Positions 58,229-64,000 of a DNA stretch of 64,000 bases are shown here, one piece after another (position 1 is the stretch's first letter; each line of letters starts with the position of its first letter). This DNA is from Macrostomum lignano. Lineage: Eukaryota. The position numbers were made by a program, and so were the translations under genes. The notes below the pieces were generated by a model. It searched no databases, was not told where the DNA came from, and worked only from the letters and a program-made list of their open reading frames with translations. Location: contig NIVC01001283.1 in the NCBI GenBank assembly GCA_002269645.1, positions 186,001 to 250,000 of the forward strand, in the 5' to 3' direction.

Positions 58229-59180
58229 ACAATCCTATCAATGGTTATGACTATTTGAAGAGTAGTGTTGTTATGTCAACTTGTTGTGTGGTGTTTACCT
58301 AGAAAACTTAAAACTAAGTAGTTTTTGGGTAGATAGTTGTGGCCCCTATAGCCATGTAGGTTAGAATAGAACCAAAAGATCTAATTGCATAAAATAAAGT
58401 AAAACTATCAAGATCTAAAAACATTGGGTGCAATATTGTAAATGTAATTGGGTACCCAATTTACTGAGTTAATATAACAATTTATGAGTCATGACTAGGC
58501 CTTTTGATTACACATAGTTTGTTAATTAAATTTTGCATTTGAGACCTGTATTGTAGCCCTAGGCCCCTATGGACTATAGTGCAGCTTTGTCTAAAAATGT
58601 ACATTAACTAGTAATATATAGAAATATAAAATTTTCTAAGCCATTCTCATATATTTGAATTGCAAATTTGCAATCAAACTAGAACCTAGAAACATTTTGT
58701 AAAAGTTGCTTGAATTTGAAAGTCAATATTAAATATCTTTATTTCTTGTATTGCATTTGCATATTATAGAAGCTCATTTTTATGAACATGTATTTCCTCA
58801 TTTTATAATTTATATTAATAAAAAATAGAAAAGCTACTTTTGACAATTATAAGTTGGTATATTAGATAATAACAAATCAATTTTAGGGTCTTAAAAGGTC
58901 AAAACAGAGAATTAGGACCAAAATTAGATTATAGATCCATTCTAATCCATGAACATACAATCCTAGGATTTCTTAAAGGATTATCCTAGTGTGGTAGGTT
59001 GAGCCTCCCACAAACTGTTTGAAATTTATTTTTGGTTCCCGTTTTCTGGTCGTTTTTTGGCCATTGTCCTAGCCTAGGAAAGAACGTGGTCATATCTCAA
59101 ATATTTAAAAAGTTACAGACGTTTAAAGAAGACCACTTTTTTACCGTTTTTCGGTTTTGCACATGCTAAAAATAGGCTCG

Positions 59181-59192
59181 CTGGACACCCTA
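59181..59192 (-). mobile_element. Candidate right TIR of the hAT fossil (TAGGGTGTCCAG on the minus strand)
   Basis: TAGGGTG-type ends are common in hAT elements, and this one is flanked by TCCTAGGT. No left partner found. Confidence 0.3.
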
Positions 59193-60775
59193 TCCTAGGT
59201 TTGGCCCTCCTCCGTCCACCTTAAGGTGCTGCCTTGACGTCACCCTTCTGTTATCTCCCGCTCCCTAGTTCTGACCCTCGGCTCCCGGTTCTGGCCATTG
59301 TGCCCCTTTTTCTGTTCATTGTTAGTTTTGCCCATCTCCCCAGTGTTAATTTTTGCAAGCCCATAACTATGACTTTAAGGTCCATTTTATTTATTTTTTC
59401 TTCCTTTTTCTATTCGTTTGGTGCCACAAAATGTTCTGTTTAATTTTATAAATAATATGATGGGAGGGCTGCTAAATTCATGCATCTTTGTCGTTCTCTC
59501 TCTCTCTTTTTGTTTTTTTCGTCGCCTCTTTGTCTTCTCTCTTAACCATTATTATTGGATTCATTACCTGTGTGTACTACTAAGGAATTCATTTAATTTT
59601 TTAATAGTTGCTAGTTTGTAGTTGCCCTTGCGGCACCACCGTCTTATCCCTTGTTGTACTCATTGCATCATAATAATATTAGCTAACTTCAATTTAATTG
59701 GCCTTTTTAATAAATTAGGTGAACCAACTTAATTTTGTTGTTCAATTAATTAAAAGTCATAGTTTATCTTGAGTCATTTGCCCGTGGGTGTAAAATAACC
59801 CCGTCTCATCTTGAAGCAAGCTCTGAGACTTCAACATTCCGTAATACGTAAATTACAGTGGTGGCAGCACTACTCTACTAACAGTAATCAGTCAAGCAAT
59901 TGAAGTGCATTAACTACGGTGTCTAAAGACTCTCTGAATGCTCGCGCCTAACAAAGACCACTTGTCTACGACCGAAACTACCCTCTTCCCGGAATTGAGG
60001 ACCCTGGCAGTCGGAGTAAAACAGGAGGCAAACTTCCATTGTGATTCATCTGCGCGATCTTCTAGCTCCAATTTGTGCGAACGCAACGACGACTGGTTTG
60101 AAGAAACCCCAAGTTCAAAATCCGCAACCACCAAGTCTACCATAAATTTTCTTCCTCCGCCCCCACCTCATTAGGATAGAATTTTTAAATATCAAATCTA
60201 TGATTCTATACTAAAACTAGGCTAAGCCTAATTATATAAATATAGTCAGGCCTAATTATATACATATAGAATAATAATTTCATTGAAATAAATATGCAAA
60301 ATAGATCTATAATAGCCATATGATATAGGCTATAACAAAGGTCTACCTTTTAAATGTCATAGATACAAGGGGTATCCAAAAAGTCTGGACTTTCTCACAT
60401 CACTCTCTTTAATAGTCAGTAAAAGTAACAGCAACTGATTTATTTCATAGCAGCTTTATTTACAAATAACTCAATAAAAGAATTTTATACCACTAACTTT
60501 TCAAAAGTTATACTACCTTAACTGCAATGTTTTGTATTTTGGAATTGGTCAAATTAAAGCAAAGGAAAATCATCTTTAGTTTTTAAAAGAAAAATTAATG
60601 TAACAATCAAACCAACTAGGCCTACTCACTTCATTGAACTATTATAATCTTACTTTTTATTTTCTTGTCCATATCCTTACCTAATATAGTTTTTTTATTC
60701 TAGAAGTGACAACTAGGCCTATCATATCATAGGGGCCTATATGCATTTTAAATGCGCTTTTTAAGTATAACCTAT

Positions 60776-61054
60776 CCTGATTGCAGCGCATGGGCATTTT
60801 GGCGGACGGCGTCCGGCGCGGATCTAATACGGCGCGGCGCGGCGCGTACGGCGCGCGGCGATTAGTACGGCGCGGCGCGGTACTAATTAGATGCCGAGGC
60901 ATTTAGGCTTGATAAGACAGTCATAGTTACTCCTGCCGTTTACCCAAAACTGCGTTAATTTTGCTTTAGGGTTTCTTTCACAGGTAAGTCATTTCACAGT
61001 GTGGCGCAGGTTGTGTAGGCGTCTGGCGTACTTAAGCCATGCGCTGCAATAGGG
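60776..61054. mobile_element. 279-bp MITE A with 18-bp TIRs, 8-bp TSD and 28S-derived cassette at 60882-60945
   Basis: TIR CCTGATTGCAGCGCATGG versus revcomp CCCTATTGCAGCGCATGG (16/18). TSD TAACCTAT at 60768-60775 and 61055-61062. Confidence 0.85.
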
Positions 61055-63571
61055 TAACCTATAAGCTCTAAAGACACAGATTGTTAATCTATTTTTTAGA
61101 AGTTTGTGTTGATACTTTTTATTTTATTTCCAATTTTATTATATTGTGTTTTTGCCTGTTTTTTAGGCCTAGCTTATCTAGGCCCTACCATGGCAGGCAT
61201 GGCTTCTCTTATTAGGCCTAGTTTATTATAAATAAACTACTTTCCAGCTTCTAGTGTTGCATTTTATGCAGTTATTTATGCCACGCATTCAAAAGATAGG
61301 GGAAGGCCTATATAACATGAAGTCACCCTTGGTGTTGAAGTTATTTCTTTACAGAATTTGGGCCTTTAACTTAAGGCCAGGCCGCCAGATTGAGGGTCAA
61401 ATATAAAAAAGTAGATATCACAAATTTTTAGGCAGGAAAATTCGACCTAAAATTTTCGAGGTCGATTTTTACAACGGGAATATATATTGTTCACAAAAAC
61501 TCAACAGGATGCCGTCATACATTAGACCTAAATTACCGCACCTAGCCCTAGCGTCAGCCTAGTTAGCTTCAAGTCAGAGACACTATTAAACAAATGCAGC
61601 AGTCAGCACTGTGTAGATGTTAATTTATCTTATTCCTGGATTTTATATATCTTATTTAAGCTATATTAAGTCTTATTAAACCTTATAGCTTTTAAAAAGT
61701 TTTTGTACTGAGAATTTGAGCCAACAGCAGTTGTAGTTGGTTGCCAAGAGCTGCGCTTCGATTATTATATTCAGCAATGTTTAGCTTTAAATCTATGCAG
61801 AAATATAAAAACAATAATATTAGCTTATTTGTTGCAAAGTTTTAATTCAAACATAAAAAACATGCTGATTAACTTATTTAAGGTCCTGCTTCGACGAAAA
61901 CAGGTCTGATTTTTTATGTTTTGTTATATTACAGCAAATTTTTTACGTATTCAATATTGTGGGCGTAAGCTGCCCGGGCCGGACTGGACCTGTGGACTTT
62001 ACAACAAGGTACAGTGTAAAGTCCATCTCTAACAATAAATAAAGCTAGGGCCTTGCACTCCTGTGTGTATTGTCCCTGTGTGTACACGCATGACTGTGCA
62101 CGTATCTGATGATCGAATACGTACGTTACGTGGAATGGGCAGATAACGTCTCGATCGCCAGGCCAGTTGTGACAGCCGCTTTAAGTCGCTAGGATCGATG
62201 CACACAGCCCAGCCCGGACTCTAACTCACTAAAACTAAAAAAACCCGAACAAGCTGCTGCAGCAGGGGTGTAAATGTATGTATAGTCCTATCTTTTTAAA
62301 AGCAGTGCATGATGACAAGTTAAGCCTAGAGGATTTTCTTCTCGAAATGGTAGAACTTACATGGCACATCAGAATTATTTCTCAAATGTATTTCATGATT
62401 TTACTCCTCAGCTGAATAGGAGGAACATACGTAATGTACTGTATTGTGCGTTGCTATAATTCAAGCTGGCCATATGGCAATAATTACTTTTTGGAGTTTT
62501 TACAAAGAGAAATTAAAAAATGTTTGTTTTCTAATTATCTAGCCTGCAATAAAATTACATTTTAGCATTCATTACAGGCCTCGGACGAAAAATAAATTTC
62601 ATGAGACACAGACTGTACCGCCAAGCACATTTGGCATGGCAAGCAATTAATCGTGTATAATAAGTTGTCAGAGCAGTTTACATGTTATTACAAATTGGTT
62701 TAAAATTTAAACTGATTATTCTAACAATAGAGAAAGTTCAAAGTTCTTAAAATTTTTGCTCTAAGTGTTAGAGAATGACCCATACAATGACCTATTGCTG
62801 ACCGGACTAGCTGGGTGGCGGTTCAAAAATAAAACATTTTTAGCTTCCATAGAATATTTATAAATCAACTGCTGAAAAAACGAATAACTTTTGATGGTTC
62901 CGTAGATTGTCTCTAATGAAAACTGGAGTTGTCTCCAGATTACACGTATCTGATTGATAGCTACGGTTCAATTATGCAATAATCAAATAGAAACTCTTTC
63001 TGAGGTTCTTTTTAAGCTACTTGTAAATGCAGGCGCCTATCTGACTGGGCATTACACTTGTAGAAGATTGATTTTGAATCATAAATAATAGAAAGTAACT
63101 TTAATGGAAAGCCACTTTACCGGATACTGACCTACGACCTCGTGCAAGTAGGAAAAAACACATTTAAGCTGATGGACACTGATGGATGCCCTGGAGAATC
63201 AGCTGGATCCGCGCACTCTGCGATGCTGCGCTCTGCGTTTCGACGCAAACGACGCGCTTCCCCCAGCTGCCTCTGAGGGATGCGAGAGCCCCCAGTTCCG
63301 ACTCTGACTGGAGAAGCTGGATTTTTGAGAAGTGCAGCCCAAAGGCGTGTGTTCTGACACCTCCCCCCCTCGGCGACCACTCGTGGCCGGCGCGAGGTGT
63401 ATTTTGTTGTTGTTGTTGTTGCAAGCTGATATAAATAATAAAATGTAAATTAATATTGATATAATTTCAAATTGCGTATATGAATCAACAGGAAAGGTAT
63501 TTATTAAAATTAGACTAGATCGCATTAAAGATCGCTAATAGGGTTGCATACAGTAACTCAAACACAGATAT

Positions 63572-63920
63572 TTACAAGCCTGCACTCGTATCCGGTTTAA
63601 ACAGAGCAGCGTACTGGGCAGTGAGGTCCAAATAGTGGTCCCGCTTGCGCGGCGTATAGTCCAGATAGCCGTGCCGAGGCGCCGCCGGCTCAATCTGGGT
63701 GCCCTCGTGCCATTCGTTGAAGCTGGTGATGCTCAGGAAGGCCGGCCGGGCGGCGATGGCCGCGCGAAGGCCGCCAGTGTAGTAGCGACCGCCCTCGCGC
63801 TGCCTGGTGTTCTCGGCGTTCCAGGGCCGCACAGCCGTATCGATGTAACCGGGCCCGATGCTGGGCGCGAATGCGACTCCCGCGGCTGAGCACTGCCTGC
63901 TCATTGCAGCCCAGTTCGAC
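63572..63920 (-). CDS. MANEA: Glycoprotein endo-alpha-1,2-mannosidase (GH99), last coding exon
   Basis: PSIGPGYIDTAVRPWN..NTR...ITSFNEWHEGTQIE..YLDY matches the MANEA C-terminus. Acceptor AG at 63922-63921; the gene continues beyond the window. Confidence 0.92.
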
Positions 63921-64000
63921 CTGTTTTTAGAAAAGTTAGACGACTATTCACTTATTATGTAAGCTTTTTTGGCCTTTGTGTAAATATTGTTTAATATTTG

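Noticed and set aside
61876-63400. Several short splice-flanked segments and a GC-rich stretch at 63170-63400 that could be exons of a + strand gene
   Set aside because: No recognisable protein and no confident phase-consistent model.

Overview
Eukaryotic genomic DNA with GC3-rich spliced exons and AT-rich, minisatellite-filled introns. The style suggests a free-living flatworm such as Macrostomum; this is inference only and was not checked. Genes reconstructed by hand from GT/AG junctions with consistent phases: a 12-exon 3xIg receptor tyrosine kinase, FGFR-like (+, 5635-22031); two intronless PPP/PP1-like pseudophosphatases (+, 26210-27388 and 30273-31451); a TM-anchored Slob/PXK-like pseudokinase with polyproline-WH2 (+, 35197-39878); HIPK (-, 52184-44193); and the last exon of a GH99 endo-alpha-mannosidase (-, 63920-63572). 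Most long ORFs in the supplied track are minisatellite artefacts. The most unusual signal is a family of non-autonomous DNA transposons with TIRs and 8-bp TSDs. They carry a 64-bp subterminal cassette matching the 28S rRNA H69-H71 region, which is the R2/Pokey/I-PpoI target, and the cassette is diverged mainly at the cleavage site. These elements lie beside and inside a transition-riddled hAT transposase fossil. Also notable: a minisatellite made of nine copies of a splice acceptor plus exon start, and a ~780-bp gene-conversion tract between the pseudophosphatases.
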